Assembly: GCF_009914755.1 (NCBI RefSeq)
Contig: NC_060947.1
Reading direction: 5' to 3' (one strand)
Length of the DNA: 64,000 bases
Source: the human T2T-CHM13v2.0 reference genome, Homo sapiens
Shown here: in pieces, positions 29,086-44,500 of the stretch
Layout: each line of letters opens with the position of its first letter
How positions within the stretch are numbered: the stretch's first letter is position 1
Position numbers and translations under genes: made by a program
Notes under the pieces: generated by a model
Told to the model about the DNA's origin: nothing
Databases searched by the model: none
The model's input: the letters and a program-made list of their open reading frames with translations, nothing else

Positions 29086-29814
29086 TCTGTATACTGATAA
29101 CTCCAAAAATCTATATCTTCATCACTGACCTATCTTCTGAGCTCTTTATTTACTTATCAACCGGACATCCCTAGCCTAGAAGTACTTCAGTCTTATCACA
29201 CTCAAAACTGGATTCTAAGGTACCAGCTGCTGCCATTCTCTACCTCATACCCTATGCCCTAGGGATGCCCAGGGATGTGGCATGCATGCTGCCATTCTTC
29301 ACTCTTATACCCATGGCAGACATTGCTAATTGATCACAGCGCTCTTTCCCATTAAGCCCAGATGAGGCCTCAGAATCTTAACACAGGCTTTATGAAACTA
29401 TGAAGGCCTGGCCTGAGATTGGCAGTGGGAGGTGCAGAGAAAGGGTTGGAGTCAAGAACTTTTTAGGAGGTAGAATCAACAGTCTATGGAGATACTGGAG
29501 GCTTGTGTGTCTAACTTTTGTCTGCGTAGATGGTGATACCCGTGATTGTTAGCTACTACTACACCCGCTTCTCACTAGTCCTGGAATCTGATCAAGTCCC
29601 TTCACAATTCCACGTCCATGCACAAGATTCATCATCCCAGAATGCCACGCTCTCCCTGCTCTGCCTGGCAACCCCTTTTCCCATGTCTGACAACCAGTTC
29701 AAATGTCACTACCATGAAGCCTTTCCCTACTCCTCCCCCATGTAGCTATTCCCTACATGGTGCCCTTACTAGTTCTGAACTCTCTCATAACACTAATACA
29801 TGATACATTATACC

Positions 29815-30051
29815 ACCAGCCCCCAACCTTTTTGGCCTCAAGGGCTGGTTTCGTGGAAGACAATTTTTCCATGGGCATGGTTGGGGGTAGTTTCATCAGG
29901 CATTAGATTCTCATAAGGAGCATAAAACCTAGATCCCTGGCATGCGCAGTTCACAATACACTTGACTCTTCTATGATACTAGTGCCACCACTGATCTGAC
30001 AGAAGGCAGAGCTCAAGCAGTAATGCTGTCTTGCCCGCCACTCACCTCCTG
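29815..30051. mobile_element. MER1B-like fragment
   Basis: ccccaacctttttggc...ggtttcgtggaagacaatttttcc...cattagattctcataaggag. Confidence 0.8.
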
Positions 30052-30475
30052 CATTATACCTATATCTATCTTTTCATAGGTTGGTCTGTCTACCCCATGA
30101 GATTAAGAGCTTTTTAAAAGCAGGCCACGTATCTTAATTCTCTTTGCATGCCTGGTGTCTAGCAGTATCGAGAACAGAGCAGACCGTCAGTATGATAGAT
30201 TGGAAGGAGGATAAAATCATCGCAGGTATCACCATCTACCCAGACGAAAGCTTGGTACACAGCTCACGACTCCAGTGCCTTCTCTGCACCTCCCACTGCC
30301 AATCACAGGCCAGACCTTCATCATTTGTACCCAGGATTAGCGTCACAACCTTCTTGCCTCTTGTCTTGGCCCCTCAAATTGGTCTCCTACATTAATTCCT
30401 TCCTTCAACAAATATCTAATGAGTATTTACTAAATGCTCTCTGTTCTAGGCACTGAGACAAAAATCCCTGTCCTC

Positions 30476-30778
<303 letters not shown>

Positions 30779-30858
30779 CTAGGAGGGGGAATCACAGCCA
30801 TCAAGTGACCCATTTGCATGCAGCTCTGACCATGTCACTCTCTTTAAAACCTTCACTA

Positions 30859-30982
30859 GCCATGTGTGGTGGCTTGTGCCTATAATCCTAACTACTTAAG
30901 AGGCTGTGGCAAAAGAATCGTTTGAGCCCAGGAGTTTGAGACCAGCCTGGGCAACATAGTGAGACCTTGCCTCTTTAAAAAA
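30859..30982 (+). mobile_element. FLAM (Alu monomer)
   Basis: Single 7SL-derived monomer; flanks aaaaccttcactagc / aaaactcttcactagc. Confidence 0.85.
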
Positions 30983-30989
30983 CTCTTCA

Positions 30990-32510
30990 CTAGCTCCCTA
31001 TTATTTATAGTCCAAACTACCTGAACATGGTATTTAAGGCTTCCTGTGACCCAGCCCTTAGGTACTTTAGTTTCATTTCTTGTATTTTGTGCTCTAGCAA
31101 TACTGAAATGCCTACACTGTTTTTTCTCCCTGCTCCTGCCCCAACTTTGCTTTTGCTGTCCCTTTTGCCTGGAATGCTCTACCCTCTCTTTTTTTTTTAC
31201 TTGATTAACTCCTATTTCTTCTTTAAGATTCAGCTAAGACAGCACATCACCTGGGAAGCCATCCTTCTTCTCCCCTAGGTTAGATGTGTCTTGTCCATGC
31301 TCCCTTAATAATATACTGTGCACACCTCTCTCGCCGCATTTCTACACTGCCTTATCGTGGTTTGTTTCTGTATCTTGGTTTTCCTTTTAGGGTGTGCTCT
31401 CAGTGGGTGGAAACTGTCTAATTCACCTTTGTAACTCCAGGACCTTGAGAACTTCCTCCAGTGTATAGCACATACTAGGCCCTCAATAAATATTTGTTGA
31501 ATTAAGGATTGTTACTTGCACATGCCATTCTCATTTATGCCCAGACCACTCTGCTGCACTCCACTCTTATGATCAAATGCTTACCAGGCATCTTTCTACC
31601 TCTCAGGTACCTCGAAGACACCATGACCAATGATGACATCATTATCACGCCCTGAAACCCACTCTTCCTCCTGTATTCTTAACATCATTTCTCAGACTGG
31701 CAACCTTAGAGTCAATTTTGTTTATTCTGTCTTCCTCTCTTGGATAATTCTACTTCATAAAACCTCCCTTTGGCCCCTCCTTCTTATTTCCTCTGCCATT
31801 GGCTTCATTATCGCGCCCCTGGCTGACTGTACCAGTCTTCCTGCCTCTAGTCTCACCCCCTGGATTTCATCCTCCACACTGCTGCCAGGGTTATTTTTGT
31901 CAAAGAAAAATCTGATTGTGTCACTTCCCTGCTTAATGATCTTTTCTAGCTTCCCACTGCCTTTAGGATAAAGTCCAAACACTTTAGTATGTTACACAAG
32001 GTCCTTAAGGATTCAGCCCTCTTCTAAATTTCCAGCCTCATCTCTTGCCACTGACCCAAACTTTCTGCCTCAGTCATGCTGAATTCTTGACAGCTCTCAA
32101 CACAAGTCTTGTTCTCTCATGCCTTCCTACCTTTGCATGTTCAGTTCCCTTTTCCTTATCTTTTTCTTCTGCATCTGCCAGGCTAATGCTTCCTGGCCCC
32201 TTATGACTCAGCTCAAGTACCACAACAGCCTCAATACTTCAGAAAGGCCTGGTCTGAACTCGGCACTTCCCCACAGCCCAGTTGAGTTTAGTGTCTTTGT
32301 TGATATGCTTTCCTAGTACTCTGTGGCAATTACAACCATGAATTACATTACGGTAGAATGCTAGTTTGTCAGTCTCAGTTGACCATGAACTTCTTGAAGC
32401 CAGGGACAGTGTCATTGTGGTCTATTTTATCTCCAGTGCCTAGCATCATTTATGGGAACACAGTAAAAACCCAATGACCGAAACAAGTATTTAAATACAT
32501 GAATAAACAC
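30990..32510 (+). mobile_element. L2 fragments (two 3' ends)
   Basis: L2 tails ctcaataaatatttgttgaa (~31500) and tctccagtgcctagc (~32440). Confidence 0.7.
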
Positions 32511-32680
32511 CTTCTTGACTTTGCAAATGCTGATCTATTTGCCTGGCATACTCTGTCTGGTAATATCCTAGGTCACTATTGTATCTCTAGCATCTAGCAG
32601 AGTTCCTGACATACAGCATGTACTAAACACATACTGAATGAACGAATGATACCAAGCTGAAGTACCACCTTTCTGACCTC

Positions 32681-32999
<319 letters not shown>

Positions 33000-33234
33000 T
33001 AGCCCTAGGTACAGCTGGTTGGTCTCTACCCTGTTTCTACAGCATTTTGTATCTCCTTCTGTTTCTCCTAGAACACCTGTACTGCTGTCTGTTTGCTAGA
33101 CTAGGAGCTCCTTGAGGACAGAATTTTGTCTACTCATCTCTATCTCAACCCCCTAGCACAGTGCCAGCCCTACAAGAGATGCTCAGAAAGCATTTGTTGA
33201 ATGAACAAATGGATGAATGAGAAGATATGACTCA

Positions 33235-33490
33235 AGGGAGTCTCTATAAATACCTGAATGGCTGTCATGAGACTGAAAAATTAGATTAATCTGTGTGGCT
33301 GCAGGAGGCAGAAGAGGTAGGAAGAGCAGTGGCATTGTTTTAGCTCAATGAATTTTGTTAACTTTTAAAACGGCCTGAGTATCAAATGGGCTTCCCCAGG
33401 GAAAAGTGAGCTTCCTGTGATAAGAGGTGAGCAATCAGAAGCTGAAGAATGCTTGGCAGTAATGTAGTAGAGGGCATCTCAGCAGCAGAT
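33235..33490 (+). mobile_element. CR1/L3 3' fragment
   Basis: aaatacctgaatggctgtcatg...gtgagcttcctgtgataagaggtg...cagaagctg resembles the L3 3' end. Confidence 0.6.
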
Positions 33491-34072
33491 AGGGTAGGGA
33501 ACGTGGGGTAATGGCTGGGGGTCATGATGGTGGTGACGGTATATGACATTCAGGCTTCCTTCTGGAGGAAGCATCCTTATTAACCTGCTCTCCTCAGAGG
33601 TGCCTGAAGCTGGGACATTGCTTCTCCACCAACCAGGCCATTCTTATCCAGTCTGGGCACACCTGGTTACCCACTACTTTTCCTCAGGGGGTGGAACTAC
33701 CTTACTCATGTCCTTATCTTTAATAACTAGTAAGATATCTGGCACATAGCAGGAGCTCAACAACTGTTTGCTGAATTGTATCTATCTAGATATCCAAACC
33801 CGTTCTCTTTGCCTCAATAAACATTGGTTGAATGAAGTTAATTTAAATTCTACTATGTGACAAGGTGTAGCTCATGTCATTCTTTAATTATTTACCTGGT
33901 ATCTATTATATACCTCAAGCAAGGCCACATACTAGGCATTGGGAGCAAGAAAGCAACAAGGACTCTGTCTTCCAGGAGTTTACAGTATAGCAGGAGGGAA
34001 AAGCTATGGACACAATAAATGTAGCACAGATAAAAAGTGCCTAGCACAGTGCCTGCTATGTAGTAAATACCT

Positions 34073-34579
34073 GTGAAAGGCTGAATAGTGGACCCTAAAG
34101 ATACCCATGTCTTAATCCCTGGAACCTATGAATGTTACATTATATGGCAAAAATGGCTTTGCAGATATGATTAAGTTAAGGGTCTTGAGATGAGAGCGAT
34201 TAGCTTGCATTATGGGGGTGGGCCCTAAATGTAATCACAAGTGTCTTTGTGAAGGAAGCAGAGGGAGATTTGACATGGAAGAGAAGGAAGCTATGTGATG
34301 GAAGCATAAGAGAGAGAAAAGAAGCTATGTTGCTAGCTTTGAAGTTGGAGGAAGGGGCTATGAGCAATGAATATAGCTCTTGACCCAAGGAAAAGGCAAG
34401 TAAACAGATTTTTCCCTAGAGCCTCCAGAAAAAATGTAGCCCTGCCCATACCTTGATTTTAGCCCTGTAAGACTCATTTCAGACACCTGGCTTCCAGAAC
34501 TGTAAGATAATAAGTTCCTGTTGTTTTAAGCTACTAAATTTGTAGAAGTTTGTTACAGCAGCAATAAGAAACTAATACA
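34073..34579 (+). mobile_element. MLT1D-like MaLR LTR
   Basis: ggctgaatagtggaccctaaagatacccatgtcttaatccctggaacc...gcagcaataagaaactaataca. Confidence 0.87.
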
Positions 34580-34656
34580 GTACTCAATACACATTTGTGA
34601 ATAAGTAGATTTTTTTTACATTCCATAAAACAGGTAAAGATACAGGGATTCCCTAC

Positions 34657-35030
34657 TGATATGGTTTGGCTCTGTGGTCCCATGAAAATCTCATGTTGAA
34701 TTGTGTCCCCCAGTGTTGTAGGGGGGACCTGGTGGGAGGTGATTGGATCATGGGGGTGGATTTCCCCCTTGCTGTTCCCATGATAGTGAGTTCTTATGAG
34801 ATCTGGTTGTTTGAAAGTATGTTGCACTTTTCCCTTCTCTCTTTTCTGCCTCCATGGTAACATGTGCTTTCTTCTCCTTTGTCCCTCTGCCAAGACTGTA
34901 AGTTTTCTGAGGCCTCCCAGCCATGCCTCCTCTACAGCCTCTAGAACTGTGAGTCAATTAAATGTCTTTTCTTCATAAATTACCCAGTCTCAGTTAGTTC
35001 TTTATAATAGTGTGAGAACGGACTAATATA
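34657..35030 (+). mobile_element. THE1/MSTA-like MaLR LTR
   Basis: tgatatggtttggctctgtg...aatctcatgttgaattg...gtgtgagaacggactaata. Confidence 0.88.
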
Positions 35031-35578
35031 TCTACCCAGTGGAAAATAGCCTAAAAGCCTTGAAAATGCTCCAAGGAGCCACAGCTTACTTTCCCCTTGA
35101 CTAGGTCACCTTGGAAATCAATAGTGCAGTTTACTGTCTGCCTACCATAGGGCTGAGAGTTATCAGCCTTCTATTACCACTTTGGAAATCTACTTGGGAG
35201 GGTACTTCTAGAGCCCTCAGTTGCCTGAAATGCTGTACCATGCAGCCCCAAACCTGAGATATAGAAATAAGATATAGCTTCCTTCTCACTGAATTCTGAT
35301 AGCAATTATAATCTGTCTTAAATTGCTGAATACTCATATGCTATTTTATGCGTTTTTTTTTTTTTTTTTGGTTACAGCATATATCTCAGTCGTATCTCCT
35401 TAATCTCTTAAGATCCTAAAGGGCAGAAACCATTATGTATATATTTGGATTTTCAATGATACTATACATTCTCAGAGGGGTTCAGGAAATATTTATTGCT
35501 GATAATCAAGCCTTGAGAACGCTGAGCAGGAGAATGTTATCTTATGCTTCCTTTTCCAGACCACAAGTAGTTAACTGA

Positions 35579-35630
35579 TTCTGTCTGTCTGTCTGTCTGT
35601 CTATCTACCTACCTACCTACCTACATACAT
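35579..35630 (+). repeat. Compound tetranucleotide microsatellite (TCTG)n(TACC)n
   Basis: Directly visible. Confidence 0.9.
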
Positions 35631-36984
35631 ACCCTCTAATCAATCAGCCATTAATTGGTATCTTACCATGGGCCAGGCTTATACTTAGTACATTCAGTGG
35701 ATACAGAAGTATAAAAACACTTGGTTTCTGCCTCCAATGGCAGAAGACCGAAAAACTAACACATTATAACATAACATGATATGCTAGAGGCAAAAACAAA
35801 TCCTATTAAAACAGAGGCTAGAGCAATTAATTCTGTCTATGGGAGTCAGGAAGAACACCGTGAAGGTGACAATTAAGCCGTGCCTTGAAGGAGTAGCAGT
35901 TTTCCAGGAGGAGAAGAGGTGTGTAGGGCATTCTAGACAGAGGAAAAGCATGGGAAGGCTCAGGGGAATTGTGAACTGAAGAATTAGCCAGAGCAAGGAA
36001 TGATTGGTGATGAGGCTAGAAGGGTAGATTAAGGCCAGACTTTTAAAGCCATACTTGGATTGTCTGGACTTATATTTTGTATGTGAAGGGTAGCCAATGG
36101 ATCTGATTTCTATTTCATGTGAAAAGCACCCCCAATAGAAAATTTGCACTTCAAAGAGGATGTTTTAACTGTGGAATTACTATATAAAATCTATACTATC
36201 TAAAGAAGAAAAACTGATCAGAATATGTTTTCTGAAAAGTGTTAAATTTGGAGGGATACTTGAGCCAACTTCTCAGTTTCTCTATCCATTTCCCCAGTTT
36301 CCTTATCAATTTCTTCCACTGAACAGAAAAATAGAAAGGTGATTATTCAGAAAAGTTTTATTTTCTGGTCACTAATATGCATAATGAGTCTACTGTAAGA
36401 CCTACTAGTTTTAATTCTTCTTCTTTAAAAAGAAAACAACTTTTTTGTTTATCCATCACAACCAATTTTAGAATATTTTCATCACCTCAAAAAGAAACCC
36501 TGCATGCATTAACAATAACTACTCCCCATTTCTCCTGAACCCCCCAAGGCTCTGGCAAACCACTAATTTACATTCTGTCTCTATAGATGTACCTATTCTG
36601 GATATTTCATACAAATGGAATATACAATTTATGGTCTTTTGTGACTAGCTTCTTTAACTTAGCATAATGTTTCAAGATTCATCCATGTTGTAGCATGTAT
36701 CAGTATTTCATTTCTTTTTATTATGAAACAATGTCCCACTGTATGGATATACCACATTTTGCTTTTTAAATTCATCAATTGATGCACATTTTGGTTGTTT
36801 CCACCTTTCGGCTATAGTGAATAATGTGGCAGTTAACAATGGCATAAAAAACTTCTGTATGGACATATATTTTCAGTTCTTTTGGATACACTCCCATCCC
36901 TAGGAGTAGAAGTTCTGGGTCATATTTTTAACTTTGGAGGAACTACATAGCTGTTTTCTAAAGTGGCTGTACCATTTTATGTTT

Positions 36985-37316
<332 letters not shown>

Positions 37317-37383
37317 TAGATTCTCACCAGCAATGTATGAAGGTTCCAATTTCTCCAAATCCTCTTGAATACTTGCTAGTGTC

Positions 37384-37510
37384 TTTTTTTTTTTTTTTTT
37401 TTAAATTAGAGACAGGATCTTGCTCTGTCATCCAGGCTGAAGTGTAGTGGCTTTATCATAGCACGCTGTAACCTCAAACTCCTGGGCTCAAGCGATCCTC
37501 CTCCTTAGCT
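37384..37510 (-). mobile_element. Alu monomer / partial AluJ
   Basis: Poly-T then gagacaggatcttgctctg...ctcaagcgatcctcc. Confidence 0.8.
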
Positions 37511-39197
37511 CATCATTTCCCTGATGACTAATGATGCTGAACATCTTTAATGCTCTTATTGACTACTTGTATATCTTTTTTTGAGAAACATCTATTTGAA
37601 TCCTTTATACATTTTTCAATTGAGTCATTGCTCTTTTTATTGTTAAGTTGCAAGAGTTCTATACACATATATTCTGGATAAAAGACCCTTCTTAGATATA
37701 TTATTTTCAAATATTTTCTCCCATTCTATGGATTATCTTTCTACTTACTTGAAGATAAATCATTTGCAGCACACAAGTTTTTAACTTTGATGAAATTCAA
37801 TCTATTTTTTTGTTACTTGTGCTTTTGGTATTATATCTAAGAAGCCTAACCCAGGTCACAAAGATTTACTTCTAAATTGTCTTCAAAGAGTTTTATAGTT
37901 TTAGTTCTTACATTTAAGTCTTTGATCTATTTTGACTTAACTTTTAAATATGGAGTGAAGTAGGGGTCCAACTTCACTCTTTTGAAGGTGGTTATCAGGT
38001 TATCCCAGCACCATTTGTTGAAGAGGCTATTCTTTTCCCATTGAGTGGTCTTGGTTCTCTTGCCAAAAATTGACCATGGATGTGTGGGGTTTATTTGTCA
38101 ATTCTCAGTTCTATCCCATTGATCTATGTATCTATCCTTATGCCAGTAACAGACTATTTTGATTACTGTAGCTTTATGGTAAGTTTTGAAATTGGGAATT
38201 GTGAGTCCTCCAACTTTATTCTTTTTCAGGATTGTTTTGGCTATTCTGGGTCCCTTGCATTTCCATATGAATTTTAGAATCATCATATCAATTTCTGCAA
38301 GAAAGCCCAGGCCCAGATGGCTTCACTGGTGAATTCTACCAAACATTTAAAGTAGAAATAATACCAGTTATCTACATTGTCTCCTAGAACTAGAAACAGA
38401 CAGAATACTTCCCAACTAATTTTAGGAGGTCAGTATTATTACCCCGATACCAAAATCAGACAAAAACATCATAAGAAAACTACAGACTAACGTCTTTTCC
38501 TTATGAATATAGATACAAAATCCTCAACAAAATACTAACAAACCAAATCCAGCAAATATATTAAAATAATTATATACCATGACCAAAAAAGGATTTATCC
38601 CAAGAATGCAGGTTTGGTTTAACATCAAAAAATCAATATAATATACCATATTACTAGGATAAAGGATTAAACCTCATCAGCATTTCAACAGACTCAGAAA
38701 AACCATTTGACAAGATCCAACACCTTTTCACGATATAAACACTCACTAGGAATAGGGAACTTCCTCATCCAGATAAAGGGTACCTACAAACATTCACAGC
38801 TAATATCATACTGCCTGGTGAAAGACTAGATGCTTTCCCCATAAGATCAGGAACAGAAAAGGATGCCCACTTTCACCACTTCTATTCAACATTATATTGG
38901 AGGCTCTAGCCAGGGCAATTTGGCAAGAAGAAAAAAAAAGAAAGAAAAGAAAGGCATCCAAAATACAAAGGAAGAAGTAAAACTATGTCTGTTGGCAGAT
39001 GAGATAATCTTGTATGTATAAAATCCTAAGGAGTCTACTAAAAAAACTATCACTTCTAATAGTTATAGTTCAGCAAGATTGCATGATATGAAATCAAAAT
39101 ACAAAAATCAATTTTATTTCTATATAGTAGCAATTAACAATCCAAAAATGAAAGAAAATCCTACTTATAATAGCATCAAAAGAATAAAATACGTAGC

Positions 39198-39518
39198 TAT
39201 ATATATATGTATATATATATATATATTTTTTTTTTTTTGAGAAAGTCTCATTCTGTTGCCTAGGCTGGAGTACAGTAGTGTGACCTTGGCTCACTGCAAC
39301 CTCCAACTCCTGGGTTCAAGCGATTCTTGTGCCTCAGCCTCCCGAATAGCTGGGACTATAGGCGCGCATCACCATGCCCGGCTAATTTTTGTACAATTAG
39401 TAGAGATGGGGTTTTGCCATGTTGGCCAGGCTGGTCTTGAATTCCTGACCGCAAGTGATCCTACTGCTTGGGCCTCCCAAAGTGCTGGGATTACAGGCAT
39501 AAGCCATTGCATCCGGCC
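39198..39518 (-). mobile_element. AluS with (TA)n at its tail
   Basis: (TA)n 39198-39226, poly-T, reverse Alu. Confidence 0.92.
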
Positions 39519-41989
39519 CCTAGCAATAAATTTAGCAAAAGAAGTGCAAGACTTGTATACTGAAAATTATATTGTTGAGAGAAATTAAAGATGATCTAAA
39601 TAAATGGAAAGAAGTTATGATTCTTGAAATGTACCTTTTCAAGGGGCCCGTCATAGTAGAATTATGGATGGTAGTTCCAGTACTTGATATATGCTGATTA
39701 TTACATGGAAAGATGGAGAAAACAGCTGATGCTTTTTCTGATGTGGGAAGATGCCCTTTAGAAATTTATTCACTTCATACATTTTGGGTGTTTAACTGCA
39801 ATTAGCTAGAAGCTCTGAAATATCTTTTTATAATTCTGTCCACCATTTCTACAGAGCTGCAGTTGTTGGAGCTTCTGTAAATTTCCATGGTTGTTGGCAG
39901 GTCAGGACAAGGGTCATTTTTCTAGCTGTAACTTTGGCATTTAAGAGCACCCCTACCCAAGCCTGTAGCTTTTATGATCCAGGGTTGGGCTTAGCAAGTT
40001 TCATTCTTACTTTCAAACAAGGTACGTTGTTTTCCTTATTTTCAGTACTAGCTGATCAAACCTCTTAAGCTGTTCTGGGAATGTGGTATTGGTGCTTCTA
40101 CTGTCGCTTCATTAAATGATGCTATTTGTACCATTATAAGTAATTTCTATGTTTAAGGGCAGAAATGGTTACAGGAGATCAGCAGGGGAGGAAAATTCAA
40201 CTGATTGGTCTGAGGTGAGAGGCATACCAGAGATAGAAATCATGATGGCTTTCCCAGAAATTGGAAATGGCTAAAATTTTCAGTGTTCTTTCTCTTTTTG
40301 TATCTCTTGCCCATTGAATTCTCATAGTCTTTTAGTGCCCTTGTGTCTCTCCTTCTCTCTAGACAGTACTCATAATCTGGTTTTTATGCTTTACCTTACA
40401 TGTAAATCTACACATCTCATATGGTGCTACAAAAAAAAACAGGAAAACAAAGTTCTGTGAAATCTGCTCTTTGCTTTATGTTAGTGCATAGACTGTGTAT
40501 TGTGAAATACCTATATTGTATAAATAGTAATACTATCATAAAATACCTACATTTTATAAATAGTAATACTATGGTAAAATTTGATTCAGGAATATATTCC
40601 TGAAAAGTCATGTGATAATTCTTTGTAAATCAAATCTTGAATTCACTGGAGAACTTAATTTAAGGAACTCAGGTAAATCCGGTCATAGGGAAGAGCCCTT
40701 CTATAAAGTGAATACTCTATCCAAAATCCCTGTATCTATAAATTTGGTAACGGCACATCTTTTATTTCCTGAGATTTCTTTCAGTTGGAGCACACCCGTA
40801 CTTGATCTTTAAGATAGTGCTGACATCCCTATTAGAACACATTAGCTTTCTTTTCCTCACTGCTGGGTATAATGATCTAGGGAAGGAAACATGAGCTTAC
40901 AAGTCCTAGCCTATGTCATTATAGCTTATGGCTGGTTAACAGATTATATAATCAGATGTTTCCATGCCTAATGTCCAAACCTTGTTATGATATCTTCTGT
41001 GGGCTCCTTTTCGTAACACCCCATTCACTACTTCTGTGGCCCAGTTCATGTAGCTGTCAAATGCAGAGCTCTCTTGTGAGAACTGACTCAATGGCTTTTA
41101 CAGATCAAGCTGGTGTGTTTATAACTGCATTATTTCCTCTATCAAAGAAGGAGACTGGAAAAAACAGAAATCTTTCTGTTATTTGACTTCATAGTTATAT
41201 CAAGCAAGTCCTCTTGGACACTTACATGATAGAAACCGGGGTAGAAACCAGGAGACCTAGGTCTCTGCTTCAGTTTTTCATCTTACCAAAAACTCCCTAA
41301 TCTTACCTGTCTCCTTCAGAGGAATGTTATCATGATAAGTTTAAAGATATTTATTAAAAATCCAAAGTTTTAACTATTGTAATTATGAAACTCACATTTT
41401 TTCTCTCATTAAGCCCCCAATTGTGATTTAATACATATAGCTAAATAAATAAGCTTCGTGCACATCTGCTTCTCTCCACATAAAATATACATGCACACAA
41501 AATACATGCACCTAATTGTGGGAAATCAGAAATTAGTTCCACATAATGGGTTTTCTTTTAACTACCCACTTGACATTTATAGTCCACTTTAAGGGCTCTG
41601 TGCCTAGAGTTGGCAGCTCTAGGAACAGTGAGATCAGTTTGTCTACAGTTGTTCCCAACCTTTTTTGGCTCTGGTACACCTACACTTGCTTCCAAAAATA
41701 TACCCCACAGTCTGGTGCTCAATGGAATGAAAATCTTTCCTGAGCTAATAGGATATAAAACAGAGGAGGCAGTGGACATAGTTCTGCATTTTAGGGTACT
41801 CATAACAGCATAGTGAGCCAAACCAGTGACAATGATGTAATTGACCCAGCACAGAGAGAAAGAAGGTTTGGGCTGTTTCTTCAAAACTGGGATAGATTTA
41901 TCAACCTACGCCTCCCAGATTGGCCTCCCTTATGACTTAGAATATGCTTTTGAAGAGCTGGCTGGCCAAGGGAAATGGTGCAGCCAGTA

Positions 41990-42090
41990 GTAGCATTAGA
42001 GTAAATGAAAACTAACTGGTTTGTACAAGGACTAAAATCATAGTTTTGGCCTCATTAGCACTATACTCTAACTTTCTGAGCTAACTAACT
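41990..42090 (-). mobile_element. tRNA-Ile-derived SINE head (MamSINE1-like)
   Basis: Reverse complement agttagttagctcagaaagttagagtatagtgctaatgaggccaaa resembles the tRNA-Ile(AAT) 5' half; degenerate, not a functional tRNA. Confidence 0.65.
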
Positions 42091-43087
42091 ACAGATATTA
42101 CCTGAAAGAAGACCAACCTTTAATCAGAAACAAAAATGTATTCAAGTATATGGCACAGATAAATCATTCAGTCTCAGTGACCTGTATCCAATGTTGAGCC
42201 TATTCCAAAGTTGCCATCTAATGAGGTGGAAAGATCCTTTATTTACCTGAACAGTTCTAAAAGTTTCATATTTTGTACTATTACACCCAATAATTAATGT
42301 TATCTCATGTGAATGGCTTGAGTTCCAACTATTTATACATTTCCTGCAATTAGTATGCATTTGAGAAATTTTTAGTAAATACTGCTATTATTTATTATTA
42401 AGCCTTGAATGGCAAGCAGAAATCTGAAGTTAATTGTTGTACCTTCTTTATGGATATATATCCCTCTTATAGTAAATCCACAGATAGGGATTCCTGGTCA
42501 AGGCATTAACAAGAGCTTAGTGACCTTCAAGATGCCTCCCAGAGGAGGCTGTCATAATCTCTTAAAGAAAATTTGTTAGTTGTCTGGAATAAAGTCCATA
42601 GTTACCAGTTGACTTGATCCACTTTATATGCTTTATTATTACTGTTATATTAAAGTACATCAGGCAAGACTAGTGGTTTAAGCTCCTCTCAATTTATGCC
42701 TTACCTCTGCCCCTTATGCCTTACCTTTGTCCTTAGTTTCCAGAAGAGTTTAAAGAGCCATTTTTACTAAATTCCAAAGACAGTACATGAAAGGCATTGA
42801 AACTAATGATTATCAGAAGAAAAATCCACTGAATTCTAGCAAAGACCAGTGAGGAAGTGAATGCAGCTTACTAGCATTCCAACTAAATTTAGTAGTATCA
42901 GTTGTATAAGAATCTGAGTGGGTAGTTGGATTAAATATTTGCAAATATGCTGAAAAAAAGATGAGTTTTATCTTGGTGATAATACAGTTATATTAAAGAC
43001 AAGTTGGGGTAGAAAATCATATTGAGGTAAAGCTGTGGAATAATGTGGCTCTATGCAACTTACTTCCTTTCTCTTAGCCCTTGGTTT

Positions 43088-43394
<307 letters not shown>

Positions 43395-43814
43395 CTTGGT
43401 TCTTATATTTAAACACTGACACTGAAAAATTAGGACTCTTACTACAGTTAAGACATCAGAAGAAAAAAGAAGGCAAAAGATCAATTAGTTTTAGATACAA
43501 ACTTTGAGTTTGCACCTTCAATTTCCATTTAAAGTTGCCTGAGAAAAGATATCAGGATGGGTTTGGTGACAACAGAAAACAAATAGAAAGGCTTACTCTG
43601 GAGTCTATACTGTATTAGAAAATTCACCAATGCTAGAGACACTTGCCCTCCTCTAGCAAGGACTAGCTTCAGGAACGGTTCAGACATATCATAAAAATAG
43701 GTGTTGAGAAGAGCAATAAAAATGGGTTGTGTTTCTCAGGCTTTTGAAAAGATTCCATTAAATAGATGGAAAAATACATTAAAATACATAAAACACACTG
43801 AAAAATGTAGTACT

Positions 43815-44500
<686 letters not shown>

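Noticed and set aside
42010-42090. tRNA-Ile gene
   Set aside because: The T arm/B box and acceptor stem are degenerate; an ancient tRNA-derived SINE is a better explanation.
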